Shown here piece after piece: positions 13,688-27,193 of a stretch of DNA of 64,000 bases. Position 1 is the first letter of the stretch, and the number at the start of each line of letters is the position of its first letter. The position numbers were made by a program, and so were the translations under genes. The notes beneath the pieces are model-generated. The model worked only from the letters and a program-made list of their open reading frames with translations, did no database searches and was not told the DNA's origin. Origin of the DNA: Octopus sinensis (taxonomy: Eukaryota); NCBI RefSeq assembly GCF_006345805.1, contig NC_043012.1:21266001-21330000 (forward strand). The letters run 5' to 3'.

Positions 13688-14575
13688 GGGCGTTGGTTGT
13701 GTGGTTTGGAAGCTTGCTTCCCACCCATGTGGTCTTGGGTTCAGGCCCACTGCGCGACACCGTGGGCAAGTGTCATCTACTATAAACCGGGCCGACATTA
13801 TGAGTGAATTTGGTAGATGGAAACTGAAAGAAGCCTGCAGTGTGCGTATGTATGCCAGTGTGTGTGTGTATGCGTGTATGTGTGTACCGTAAATCCTTGA
13901 GTATAGTCCTCCCTGGAGTATAATACGCAGGGTAATTTTAGGGGGCTGTACTTCTGAAAAACCTAAACCTTGTGTATAATACGCACCCCTTCTCTAACTT
14001 GAGTCAAGGAGGTCTATATAACGTCCTTGGTTTTTAAAAATGTATACGGTAACGTCTTTATTGTTATTGTATATATAACATAATGCAAACCTGTAGCTTT
14101 TTTGTGCATTTTGTTTGCAGAAAATAAAGAAATAACAGTATTAACAGTAATAACGTTTAATAAATGTTGCTTACTGCAAGTTATGGATGATTCTTTTATG
14201 ACTTCATTGCTTTCAGGCTTAGCTTAAGGTATTTTCGCGCCTAACATTACAAAATGCGTTTGAATAAACATTGCCGGACAGCAAATAGAGGCTCGGACAT
14301 TGCTTAGAAAATAATTTTCATTTTTAACCTCGTATATAGTACGCACTAGGGATGTTGACCTTTAAATTTTGCGGGGGGAAATGCGGATTATACTCGAGGA
14401 TTTACGGTATGTGTGTGTGCCACCCACCATCGCTTGTCAACTAGTGTTGGTTTGTTGACATCCCTGTAAGTTAGCGGTTCGGCAAAAGAAACAGTGTAAA
14501 TACCAGGCTTTAAAATAAGCGAGCTCCAGCATGGCCGCAGTCCAAAGACTGAAACATGTAAATGAGATAAAAGGA
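13688..14575 (+). mobile_element. Older SINE family B copy split by the MITE
   Basis: 5' half 13688-13886; 3' half resumes at 14410 (CCACCATCGCTTGTCAAC..CCAGCATGGCCGCAGTCCAAAGACTGAAAC). Confidence 0.85.
13887..14407. mobile_element. 521-bp non-autonomous pogo/Tigger-like MITE with TA TSD, nested in a SINE-B microsatellite
   Basis: TA|CCGTAAATCCTTGAGTATAGTC ... GATTATACTCGAGGATTTACGG|TA (TIR 20/22); repeated subterminal GTATAATACGCA motifs at ~13918 and ~13974. Confidence 0.8.
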
Positions 14576-14829
14576 ACACGGTAAAGGAAAGAGATCAATA
14601 ACTCAACAACTAATATTGATTTCAGATTTTGGTACAAAGCCAGCAATTTCGCGTGAAGGAGTTAATCGATTACACTGACCACTGGCCACTCACAGACACA
14701 CCCCAGTCTCTGATTCACACGTGTTGAGTCTCCCCCACTCTATTTTTTCTACCGCTACTATAATAGCCTCTGTTCCTCAGAGGTGGCTCTACTTCTGACA
14801 CCTTCACTCGAGCATTCCCAACTTCCCCT

Positions 14830-15060
14830 CAAGCATTCCCAACTTAGCCTCAAGTATTCCCAGCCAATCCGTCACTCTTCTTCTACTCATATCTTGAGTT
14901 CAATCCCCGAGGCACCATACAAATCACTGAGTGCAATCCTTCCTCCTCAGAACAACTCCCACCGGAATTCCATCCCAGTTTCAGTGTTGACTAGCAAAAG
15001 CTCAAGTGGAACCCTGAAGGTATCGACCCCTCTAGGAGTGCCTTCTTCTATCAAGTAAAA
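14830..15060 (+). mobile_element. Possible highly decayed CR1 3' fragment
   Basis: CCCCGAGGCACCATACAAA..TTCAGTGTTGACTAGCAAAAGCTCAAGTGGAAC loosely recalls TRGH.YK..FFS.RV...WN. Confidence 0.25.
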
Positions 15061-16642
15061 AAATGTACACCTCTTCAATCTTCACAGACCTAACTCCATC
15101 CATCATCATGTGACGCACATATGACCAATTAAGTTGAAGCATCACCCCTGGCAACACTCGCAGCTGATACAAAAACTCTTCATCCTGCTTTTATATTGAA
15201 AAGAATGAGTTAAATTTGTTACTACACAGTAAGACAATTCTCTTCAGTTGTTCAAAGCTTCCTTCACTTACGACATTGCTCTCGACCATCGGCGTAGGCA
15301 TGGCTATGTGGTTAAGGATTGCACAAAGTTCGCTTTGTAACCATGTGGCTTCCAGTTCAGTCCCATTGTGCGGCACCTTGGGCAAGTGTCTTCTACTCTA
15401 GCCCCGGATCCCAGCCGATCAATGCTTTGTAAGTGAATTTGGTAAACAGAAATAGTACGGAAGCCCGTCGTATATGTATGCATGTTTGTCCCCTCGCTAC
15501 CACTATACAACCGGTATTGGTTTGTTTACGTCTCTTTAACTTAGCGGTTCAGCTAAAAAGATAGATAGAATACGTATTAAACTTTAAAAGTATAGGAACT
15601 GGGGTCAATTTATTCGATAAAACACTTCGAGGTGGTGCTCCAGCATGGTCGCAGTCCAGTTTTACTGAAACAAGTAGAAGATAAAAGATAACCTGTGAAG
15701 GGAGAATGTATTTAAGCTCTCTTAACCGGCTAGAAATAGCAGCCAAATCTGCTTCAAGGCATTCAATAATGATCTTGAAAAATAAGAGAAGAGAAACATT
15801 GGATAATGTATTCTTGGCTGATACAGCCCGAAAAAGAACGAAATCGACGGGGTGGTTATGGTTTGAACGCCGTTGATCAAAATTTGATCGATCAGGATGA
15901 CCTGCGACTTAAGAGATAAGTGATCAGCTGAGAGTTAAGTCCCTTTATTGCTAGCACTTCACAGCGCTGCCGATAGAACACAGATATTTTCAGCCATTAA
16001 GTCATTGATTAAAATGCCTACCAATGACTTTCTATAGCGAGTATTTGTTATTTTAACAGCAGTACTGAGATCATCTCGGGTAGCTATACCGATAGAGGAT
16101 GTAACCAGCATGGGGTCACCAAAATAGTTTGCTAAACTTGCTACAAATAGCGGTAAAATATCTGTAATATCACACCACCCCGTCCTCAAAAATCGAAAAC
16201 GTTAAATTATATAGTCCAAAATATCTTAAAAAGCTGGAAGGTCACGACTGGACTGCTTTATATCATAAGTATACTTGAAAGCGCAACAATAACAACAACA
16301 AGAAAGGCTGAGCAAATGAGAGCTGCTATGGGATTGCTTAACCTGCAAGAAATAATAACCAATTCAATCTCAAAATACATCGTGCCTCATGAAAATAAAA
16401 AAAAACTAAATAAGAACCAAAGTTTAAGCAAAGCTGGAATGTTTTTGATATTGGGTATGCTCGATCAGGGCTCACCTCACGTTAAACCAAAACAGGAATC
16501 AGGAAGAGAATATTATTGCTCTTCTGCTTCACTTCAAATCTTATAATCCTCTATCAACGATTTTTTTTTTCTTTCACCATGACGCTTTTAGACTTTCCTG
16601 TTGTTTATTGACACGCACATTTATTAACAGAACATAAACTGT

Positions 16643-17058
16643 TGAGGCGGCGAGCTGGCAGAAACGTCAGCACGCCGGGCGAAATGCGTAGCCGTATTTC
16701 GTCTGCCGTTACGTTCCGAGTTCAAATTTCGCCGAGGTCGACTTTGCCTTTCATCCTTTCGGGGTCGATAAATTGAGAACCAGTTAAGCACTGGGGTCGA
16801 CGTAATCGACTTAATCCGTTTGTCTGTCCTTGCTTGTCCTCTTTGTGTTTAGCCCTTGTGGGTAGTAAAGAAATAGGTATTTCGTCTGCCGTTACGTTCT
16901 GAGTTCAAATTCCGCCGAGGTCGACTTTGCCTTTCATCTTTTCGGGGTCGATTAAATAAGTACCAGTTACACTGGGGTCGATATAATCGACTTAATCCGT
17001 TTGTCTGTCCTTGTTTGCCCCCTCTGTGTGTAGCCCCTTGTGGGCAGTAAAGAAATAA
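16643..17058 (+). mobile_element. SINE family A, partially dimeric, 13-bp TSD
   Basis: Full copy 16644-16877 plus a 5'-truncated second copy 16878-17058; GAACATAAACTGT at 16630-16642 and 17059-17071. Confidence 0.9.
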
Positions 17059-17640
17059 GAACATAAACTGTAAACTAATCGTTGTCTTTTCTTTTATTTG
17101 TTTCAGTCATGGACTGCGGCCATTGCTGAGGTGCAGCTTGAGCGGTTTTAGTCGAAAAGAATCGGCCCCTATAGTTATTTTTATGAATCTGATACTTATT
17201 CCATCGATCTCGTGTGCCGAACCGCTAGCTTACGGAAATGAAAACAAACCAACACTGGTCGTCAAGTGGTGTGGGGGCAAACAAACAAACAAACACACAC
17301 ACACGACGGCCTTCCAGATCAGAAGACACTTTTCTAAATTGACGTGCAGTGGGACTGAAACCCGAGCCACATGGCTGCAAATCGAGTCTCCTACTTAGAA
17401 GGAAGGAGAATGGTTGTAATGACACATCTATGTTATCTCAAGGGAGCCAGCACTACAAAGGAAAGAAGAACCTTACTACATGTCAGGAGTTTACCATTTA
17501 TTTTGTATTCTGCAACCCTCACTACACGCATACACACACAGACAGACTCATATGAAACGTTAAGAAACGGTGCGCGGTGCCAGGACTTTCGACCCGAGTC
17601 AAATATGAAATACTATTCCAAAACGTTGTTAGAGTATCTG

Positions 17641-17896
17641 CATTATTTACATTATTTACAACTGAGGATATTTGTCCTCATCTTGTTTGTTGTTAACACA
17701 ACGTTTCGGCTGATATATCCTCCAGCCTTCATCAGGTGTCTTGGAGAAATTTCGAACCTGGGTTCTCATTCCTAAGGTATTTTTCGATGTTGTTGTTGTT
17801 GTTGTTGTTAGGTCACTGTCTGGAATCGAACTTGGAATCGGGGTTAGTAGTCCGCGCTCTTAATCCAAAGATTCCGAGTTCGATTCCAGGCAGCGA

Positions 17897-17943
<47 letters not shown>

Positions 17944-18102
17944 GCAACAACAACAACATCGAAATATACCTTATGAATGAGAATCCAGGTTCGAAATTTC
18001 CCCAAGGCACATGACGAAGGCTGGGAGGTATATCAACCGAAACGTGTTAATAACAAACAAGATGAGGACAAATATACGTCAATTGAAAATAATGTACATA
18101 AT
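17641..18102. mobile_element. Head-to-head inverted dimer of a tRNA-headed, hammerhead-tailed short retroelement
   Basis: Arms ~17641-17840 and ~17870-18102 are imperfect reverse complements. Each arm has a T-arm/B-box (GTTCGATTCC), an (AAC)n or (AAT)n spacer, and a tail with the hammerhead region. The + copy at 18006-18047 has a degenerate core (ATGACGA) and has lost its cleavage site. Confidence 0.8.
17695..17740 (-). ncRNA. Minimal type-I hammerhead ribozyme, canonical core
   Basis: Minus strand reads GACAC CTGATGA A GGCTG gaggatatat CAGCC GAAA CG TT GTGTT: stem I GACAC/GTGTT, 5-bp stem II, palindromic AACGTT helix III, GUU site. Confidence 0.8.
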
Positions 18103-18276
18103 TCTTCATCTCTTAAATATAGAACTGGAGTATCTGCATGTTTTAACTGAGGAGGGTTTACGTAATGGATGCCTACCCTATTTATGTGACGCAAGCCTGA
18201 AATGTACATATTAAATGATTTCAAAAATCGCTGTTTGGTTCTAACTTCATTTTTAAAACTTTGTGTGTGTGTGTGT

Positions 18277-18308
<32 letters not shown>

Positions 18309-18310
<2 letters not shown>

Positions 18311-18633
18311 GAGGTGTGGCTTAGTGGTTATGGTACTGGGCTCACGATCACAAGGTCGTGAGTTCAATTCCCGGCAATGCATTGTGTCCTTGACAAAGCA
18401 CTTTATTTCACGTTACTCCAGTCTCCTCAGCTGGCAAAAATGAGTAGTACCTGTAATTCACAAAGGGCCAGCCTTGTCACAGTCTGTGTCACGCTGAATC
18501 TCCGGGAGAACTACATTAAGAGTACACGTGACTGTGGAGTGCTCAGCCACGTGCATGTTAATTTCACGAGCAGGCTGTTCCGTTGATTCGGATCAACCGG
18601 AACCCTCATCGTCGTAACCGACGGAGTGCTTCC
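18309..18633 (+). mobile_element. SINE head D (CORE-like GTGTCCTTGA.AAAGCACTT) with tail Y; deleted copy at ~33984-34255
   Basis: Head GTGGCTTAGTGGTTA..GGCTCACGATC..GAGTTCAATTCCCGG; the tail is the same as in the C+Y copies. Confidence 0.85.
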
Positions 18634-18752
18634 AAACTTTGCATATTACATTATCGATCCTATTGGAATAGTTGAGACGATGGGGTTTGAATTTGGAACG
18701 AAAACATAAAATTACCCGCTGCAAGACAATTACTCTAACGCTGTAATTCTTA

Positions 18753-18785
<33 letters not shown>

Positions 18786-19006
18786 CATCATTATCAGCTT
18801 CTCACATCAGTTAGACGCTGCGTATTTTTATGCGAGGAACGTGTTCAATTGTATCTGATCTGATATTTATTTTATTAACACATGTTCGAGGGAAGACGAG
18901 TCCGGTCAGATTTGAACCGATCATATACAGGAAGTTAATTAAATATTGCGATGCATTTGGCCTATAATGGTAAAATGAGGTTTCTGCCACTCACCAATAT
19001 CTCACA

Positions 19007-19056
<50 letters not shown>

Positions 19057-19230
19057 TATGCGTATGTATATATGTATGTGTGTATGCATGTATGAATGTA
19101 TGCATATACAAATATATCTTCAAATATATACATGCATATATGCATGTAGATATACATTCGCATATATACCTGCATGTATACATGTTCATGGATATACGCA
19201 TACGTGCAAATATATACACATATATAAGTA

Positions 19231-19269
<39 letters not shown>

Positions 19270-19271
<2 letters not shown>

Positions 19272-19718
19272 TCTTTTACTTTTTTTTTACTTGTTTCAGT
19301 CATTTGACTGTGGCCATGCTGGAGCACCGCCTTTAGTCGAGCAAATCGACCCCAGGACCTATTCTTTGTAAGCCTAGTACTTATTCTATCAGTCCGTTTT
19401 GCCGAACCGCTAAGTGACGGGGACGTAAACACACCAGCACTGGTTGTCAAGCGATGCTGGGGGGGGACAAACACAGACACGCAAACACACACACATACAC
19501 ATATATATATATATATATGCATATACATATATACGACGGGCTTCTTTCAGTACCCGTCTACCAAATCCACTCACAAGGCTTTGGTCGGCCCGGGGCTATA
19601 GTAGAAGACACTTGCTCAAGGTGCTACGCAGTGGGACTGAACCCTGAACTATGTGGTTGGTAAGCAAGCTACTTACCACACAGCCACTCCTGCGCCTATA
19701 GCCACTCCTGCGCCTATA
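19270..19718 (-). mobile_element. SINE family B, full length, with a tandemly duplicated 5' end
   Basis: Consensus-like; GCCACTCCTGCGCCTATA occurs twice at ~19683-19718. Confidence 0.9.
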
Positions 19719-20461
19719 TATATATATATATACATATATACACATATGTATAAACATACACATATGTATAAACACATATGATCGCACCGGTTGATCCTGT
19801 CTCCTCTCATCACCCACGAACTTTTACGGATTATCTACCTGGACTTTCTACTCTTCAGCTGCATCTCTCCTTCCCATGGATTACACTGGATTCATCTGCA
19901 TACGTATAAACACGTGTATGCTTAAATGCATTTTTCATATACATACCTTTCCTCCCTTAAATAAAGAAAAGACAAAAGAAAGTCTGTTTAAAAACCATCT
20001 TAATCACGTGAGACAAGATAAATTGTCCCTTTACAACCTTTACTGACCCCCCCTACAGAGGAGGGGTTGGTCCTGCCCCACCACCCCCCCATTTATGTGA
20101 AATATTCCTATAATTGACTGAATAAATATTACTACTTCAGTGGTAATTATTTTATCAACTTTAGAGGGTTGGAAATGAAACGAGAAATCAAACTTCTGGC
20201 AAAAGTAGAACAATGAAACACTGTATATGACCATTAAATCCATAGTGCAGTTGTTGAAGGTAAACCCTACGCCGACCACATGTGTCTAGAGAAACAGGTC
20301 ACCGCATACAGTTTCCCCCCTGCAGGTGGTATTGCGCAGTATTGCCCTCTGCTCGCTAAGAATATTGCTTACCTGGAGCAAGATTTATGTCGGTCGCATG
20401 CAGCAATCGCTCATTCGATATCTGCATATTATATGTATATCTATTCGACCAACTTGCCTGT

Positions 20462-20799
20462 GAAGGCGCATGGCTCAGTGGTTAGAGCGTCGAGCTTACG
20501 ATCGTGAGGTTGTGAGCTCGAATCCCGGACTGGGCTGCGTGTTGTGTTCTTGAGCAAGGCACTTTATTTCACGTTGCTCCAGTTCACTCAGCTGTAGAAA
20601 TGAGTTGCGACGTCACAGGTGCCAAGCTGTATCGACCTTTGTCTTTCCCTTGGATAACACTGAGAAGGAAGGCTGGTATGCATGGGCGACTGCTGGTCTT
20701 TCATAAACAACCTTGCCCGGACTTGTGTCTAGGAGGGTAACTTTCTAGGTGCAATCCCATGGTCACTCATGACCGAAGGGGGTCTTTACCTTACCTTTA
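20462..20799 (+). mobile_element. SINE head D-like (CORE) with tail Z; tail-Z remnants at ~3168-3360(-) and ~29200-29350
   Basis: GAAGGCGCATGGCTCAGTGGTTAGAGCG..GTGTTCTTGAGCAAGGCACTTTATTTCACGTTGCTCCAG, then GGTGCCAAGCTGTATCG..CCCATGGTCA.TCATGACCGAAGGGGG. Other D-like heads at ~6478-6680 and ~55040-55180. Confidence 0.85.
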
Positions 20800-21831
20800 C
20801 TCGACCAACTGTACTCTGCACTAAACAACAACTACAACGAGGACGGTAACAACAGCAACAAATCCATTCTATTTTCTTTCATACTGGAACTTTTAAAGGT
20901 CGAATGAACAGGTTTTCTCAATGTTTTTTTTTTAAGGCAAAAGTGAAATGGGAAGTTATGGTTTCGCTTTGGAGCGAGGCTAGAGGTTATTTTTTATTTT
21001 TTTTTTGTACTTGTTTCAGTCATTTGACTGCGGCCATGCTGGAGCACCGCCTTTAGAGTGGTGAAAGAGTACAGCAGGGATCACCACCATCCCCTGCCGG
21101 AGCCTCATGGAGCTTTTTTAGGTGTTTTTTTCGCTCAATAAACACACACAACGCCCGGTCTGGGAATCGAAACTGCGATCCTCCGACCGCAAGTCCGCTG
21201 CCCTAACCACTGGGTTAGGGCAGTTAAAAGTTTAAGTAAAAAGGAATCTACGGTTTCATATCGCAGCGGGAGCGAGTGGGCCGTATCATTTACATTACAT
21301 TTTTTCTTTCCTTTTTTCATTTCACATCATCCGTCATGTGTTTTATGTTCCCGAATGTCTTTGTATGTCCCCTCTGTATTTAGGCCTTGTGCCTGTAATG
21401 AAGATTTTATAATGACAAAGTTTGTTGTTTTTGTTTTTATTTTCATCTAAACAAAATGAACGATGGTTAAAGATATCAAAACGAAGGGAGTGACACGTGA
21501 CTGGAAACGATGTTTTTCTTCTCTTTTTTTAATCTTCTCATATCCGGGCTACTACTGACATCAAATTAAATTGAGAAAAGAATTCAGCAGGAATCTTACT
21601 CTATATACCTGTACCGGCAAAACATTTCCTTTCGTCCCCACCGTATTGTCCTTAACGACAAACATTCGAGCAAACGACTCGCCAAATAACTTCTCCAGAA
21701 GTTGCCTGACCTGTCAGAAATAACTAGATCTTTAAAGTATGCCATAAAATCTCTATAAAAAACTAATAAAAATGAAAAATACTATTAAAGAACATACACT
21801 GTACGGTGTTGTCGTAGGGTATACATAGTCT

Positions 21832-22108
21832 TTCATTCTTTTATTCTTTTACTTGTTTCAGTCATTTGGCTGCGGCCATGCTGGAGCGCCGCCTTTAGTC
21901 GAACAAATCGACCCCAGGACTTATTCTTTGTAAGCCTAGTACTTATTCTATTGGGTAACTTTTTGCCGAACCGCTAAGTCACGGGGATGTAAACACACCA
22001 ACATCTGTTGTCAAGTGATGATGGGGGGAACAAACACAGACACAAAGACACACCCAAATATATACACATGTATATATACATACTTGCATATATTATATTA
22101 TATTATAT

Positions 22109-22150
<42 letters not shown>

Positions 22151-22299
22151 CTGGAGATATACTTGCATAGCAAGTGACCTGATCTGAGATTGTGTGGGGA
22201 AACGAAAACAATTGCAGCGTGGAAGATGTTTTTAAGCCATTTAAGAACACACAAGAACCGTTAGTTTCACTTCAAAATTAAATTTCATTATAATATATA

Positions 22300-22353
<54 letters not shown>

Positions 22354-22503
22354 GGCGGACGTCTTTCAGTTTCCGTCTCCCAAATCCATTCTCAAGGCTT
22401 TGGTCTTTGGTCGGCCCGAGGCTATAGTAGAAGACATTTGCCCAAGATGTTACACAGTAGGACTGAACCTGGTACCATGTGGTTGGGAAGCAAGATTCTT
22501 ACC
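21832..22503 (-). mobile_element. SINE family B with a ~140-bp foreign cassette (~22150-22290) in its expanded internal (TA)n
   Basis: Tail at 21832-22075, head at 22350-22503, with non-SINE sequence between TA runs. Confidence 0.8.
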
Positions 22504-22833
22504 AAGGCATGGTGGTCGGAATTGGATCACCTCTAATTGTATGTCAGCTCTGATGAAATAAGACATACACTATAACATTATTTGCACGCATTCAATGATT
22601 TGATTTAAGTTGTTTGACATGGCGTGTGACAGTATCAAAACATTTGAACAAATAGCTGACCGCCTGTTTGTCCGTTTGTCTGTCTGTCCGTCTGCATGTA
22701 TATCTGTATGTATGCATGTATGTATGCATGTATGTATGTATGTGTTGTATTGTCTTTAGGTATGTATATGTTGTGTATACATGTGTATATAAGTTTTCAT
22801 CGATACTTTGTTTCATCTTTCATTGTGTGTGTA

Positions 22834-22880
<47 letters not shown>

Positions 22881-23029
22881 GTGCGTCGTTGTGTCGGTGT
22901 ATGTGTGTGTCAGTGTGTGTATTATGCATATATACTTAATTATACGTATATATTGTTGCAGTTCGGAATGGTCATTTTTTTTTTTTACAAATAAACACAC
23001 GCACTGTATATTCGTTCTTTAATCGTTTA

Positions 23030-23600
23030 TTACTGTTCTTATTCCAACACATGTCCATTGTCCGGAAATCTTTCGCCATACATCTGTGACCTTTTCAGTG
23101 ACACTTTCCTTCCTCGTTTGTGCTCTTGCTCCGCTTAATCCATTCTAGAAATGGACTAAGCAAAGCAGGAGCACACAAGAGGAACGAATATATAGTGCGT
23201 GTTTATTTGCCAAAAAGAAAAAAAATTACCATTCCAAAATATAACAATATCTATTTCAACACACGGTTTCTCATCAGGAATCCTGCAGCAGAAATTCATA
23301 AACCTATACATATTTAAATATTCGTACATTCAAGTTCAAGTTTGAAAGCAGAGTCAGCAGAGATAGTTCCAGGTAGATGAAATCTCCAGGTTGTTTAAAT
23401 GTTCAAGTCTCCGATATCCAAGCGACTGAAGGATGTCAACAGAAGGGCTCACAAGATTCATGACCTGGATGCTGCTCGTCCTCCTAAGAGTGTAGGAATT
23501 TAAGGGCCGATACACCTGAGTGGGGCTTCTTCTTTGAAAACCTTCTACTGTTCAGCTCTCCTGAAAGTTTCCTACCATTTCAAAAAAAGATTTAATTTCG
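23030..23600 (-). mobile_element. Very old RTE-like LINE remnant
   Basis: Scattered minus-strand motifs in the expected order: DFIYL..TISADSAFKLELE (~23390-23330), W....STNEE (~23140-23110), GHVL (~23055-23043). Confidence 0.35.
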
Positions 23601-24960
23601 TACACGCATAAGAGTGAGCATGCATAGATAGATATTTGCACGCGTATCCAGTCGCTAATCTTCAGGTCCAAATTGACTGAACAGACAAGAAAATCATTCC
23701 AAGCCTAACTATCACAGTCTTTCTAGGGATACATAAAACCATGTAACGTAAAACTCTTACATTAGGTGTGATTTTGTTGATATCTGAATCCATGCTTTAC
23801 CAGACCGAGCGAGCACTTGTTCCACAGTATCTGCTTTTAACAACGAGGGTTAAACATGTGCGTTTACTAAAAGATCGAGCTTGTTAGTTTACCTTATATC
23901 TCCATCTTGACATGGTGTAGTACTTCTATGAAAATACAAGTGTTACCAACTCTTTCATTGTTATATACACAGAAGCAGACCAGTTAACTCAAGTTGGTGC
24001 ATAATATGCCTAGCTATACGCTACTTTGTCCAGGATATGTCTTTTAATTGCATCCGATAGTAAGCCCTGGTTTGGGAGCTCGAAACCCGGTGTTGAGGTG
24101 TATTGAAGCATCTCTTAGCCAGTATTGTTCTCAGATCTACTCTGACCCAATATATTAGCATCTGCCAGGGTCTTACTTATGGGTTAATTAACAAGTCACG
24201 TAATTGCCTCCGGAAGAAGGTTACATATAAACACCCCCAACGGATCCAGGGTAGACGGGGCCTTTCAGCTCTTTAACTGCTCACTTAAGAGAAGTCAACA
24301 CCATGCAAATGTTGCATCCTGATACTTACTGCCCTCGTAGTGCTTGTTGCACAAGACCAATACAAGTTTGAAGGATGGTAGTTTGGAATTAGTACAGCAC
24401 AAACCATTGCCTACTGTAATAATAAACCCTTGCTGTCTTATGAAGTAATTTATTGACTGTTTAAACAAAATGCCAAGGGAGTAAACTCCTACAGAAAATT
24501 CGGAGGGAGTGAGCGTACGGCAGATATGTATAATTCACCAATATCTGGCATCTCTTGCGGCTCCATCGACGCTGCGAACCTATCGATTTGTCTTTCCTTT
24601 ATGGCATGTTCGTGAGTGGAAAGGCGATAAGTGTACTTGGGGCTAGGAACATGCTTCTGGAAACAACCCAGGCACAGGAGAGCCTGTTCAGTTACTTTCT
24701 CGGCAATACCGTTGAAAGAGGATGAGAAAAAAAAACCTCAGCCATAAGCTACAATTCTCTCTAAGGGCAGAGCAATTGAATAATGGCTTCTGATGAAGCA
24801 ACAATAAAGCAGAAGTTTGACCAGTTGAACTATTTTCCTAACCACAGAGAGAAAATCATAAGCTTTAATCAAAGAACAAACTCAGTACAAACTTTTCACA
24901 GCAGAGTTAAACGAAATTCTCTTTACTGAAAAACCCATGCTCAGCAGTCTGCTTTACATA

Positions 24961-24996
<36 letters not shown>

Positions 24997-25228
24997 GAAT
25001 TTCACCCTCTGCATGTGTGTGTGTGTCTCATTATGATGGGACACGTCTTAAACGCAAGTAATAATGACTGGCATTATCATAGTTGAGTGTCTCAAGATCT
25101 TGTAAACTACAAATAAAATGTGCCCCGACATTATGAGGCACTATATATACATACATACATATATATATACATTTATATATATATACATATATATATATAT
25201 AAATAAATATATATATACATACATACAT

Positions 25229-25279
<51 letters not shown>

Positions 25280-26318
25280 ACATACATACATACATACACA
25301 TATATATGTATGTATATATATATATATATATATGTATGTATATATATATATATATGTATGTATGTATTATGTATGTATGTATGTATTTATGTTGGTTATC
25401 ATTTTTTGGTTATCTTTTTCTAAAACTCCAGACCGACCAATATTTGTGAGTGCATTTGGTCTCGTGGAAACTGTGTGGAAGCTCGTCGTGTGTCTGTCTG
25501 TCTGTCTGTCTGTCTGTATGACTGTCTGCCTAGTGTCGCATACCCACTCTGCTTGACAACTGGCATTGACGTGTTTACATCCTCGAAACCTATCGGTTCA
25601 ACAAAAATGGATCGATAGAATAAGTATCAGACTTTTAAAAGTATAACTTCTCGTGTCGACTTGTTCGTCACTACACCCTTCAAGGTGATGCTCCAGCATG
25701 GCCACAGTCCATTGACTGGAACAAGTAAAAAAATAAAAGATAAACACCGTATCGATTCTTCATATGTATTGTGTTAGTGAACAGGTGAGCAAGTGAACAG
25801 GTGGTTGAATATGTAACATGTTTGCGTATATATATATATATATATATACAGAACAGACACGTCTGTTGAGTTGCAGGTTAAAACTTACCTGGAGAGGCAT
25901 AAATGAATAAATGTATTATTAAATCATACTTCACTCACAGCCCCTCTCACCCTTCCTCTTTCTGGCTCCTAGCCCTCACCTTCACCCCCGTCCTATTCAT
26001 TCCCTCTTCTCTTTCTCTCTCTCTCTCTCTTCTCTTCTTTCTCTTCTCTTCTCTCCTTCGCTGCTACTACTCCCTTACGAAGACAGGCCGGTAAATAGTA
26101 TTAACAGTTACTGAGACTATTATGAAAGTCATGAAACACACACACACATACATACATGCGTACATACATACATACATACACATATACATACACACATGCG
26201 TACATACATACATACACACATACATACACACATACATATATAAACACATACAGTCATACATACACACCAGCATGACCGCAGTCTAATGACTGAAACAAGT
26301 ATAAGATAAAAGATATAT

Positions 26319-26365
<47 letters not shown>

Positions 26366-26443
26366 ATATATAAACACACAAACACACACACATATATATA
26401 CATATGTCCATATATGTGTGTGTAGGCATATATAGACACACAT

Positions 26444-26512
<69 letters not shown>

Positions 26513-27193
26513 AAGAGTGAGAGGGAGAGAGAGAGAAAGAAAGACCTACTTATAAATATGTGTGCTTTCTGACGTTGAGTTAGGTCGAGAAGGTAACCAC
26601 AGCGCAAACATTGCGGCGATGTGTGTGTGGGTGTTTATAAAATTACTTGTCATGATTCATTTGTGAACCAGATATTCAAAACTATTGAATTAAAGAAGAG
26701 AATTAGAATAAAAAAAATAAAGGTGTATATAATCAGAATGAACGTGCTGCAGCGAGAGAAAAAGAGGTAGAGAGAGACAGAGGGGGGGAGAGGGAAAGCG
26801 AGGAAGAGAGAGAGAGAGAGAGAGAGCGTGTGTATGTGTTGCTAGCTTTCTGTGGTAGGTGTTGGTACCTTTATAGATAAACAAATACGTTTACATATAA
26901 AATATATAAAATAAGGTGAATGTTATTAACCACACACACACACACTCATACCTGTGTGTGTGTGTGTGTGTGTGTATGTGTGTGTGTGTGTGTGTGTCTG
27001 TGTGTGTGTCTGTGTCTGTGTCTGTGTGTGTGTGTGAATGTATATGCACGCTTTACACTGGTTCCAAATTTTGTGCATTTCTATTATACGAGTACAATTT
27101 CAAAGAAAAATGTAAGATGAGTACATATGGAGGCATTGAGATGTCTACTGACACACACGCTGTGTTTATCAAACCTATATTCTGTAAACAATA

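Noticed and set aside
15959-16189. 76-aa ORF in non-repetitive sequence
   Set aside because: Short, no recognisable domain, within the chance range.
22550-24796. CTGATGA matches at 22550(+), 23271-23277(-) and 24790(+)
   Set aside because: No consistent stem I/II pairing with a correctly placed GAAA-NUH; a 7-mer is expected by chance in 64 kb.
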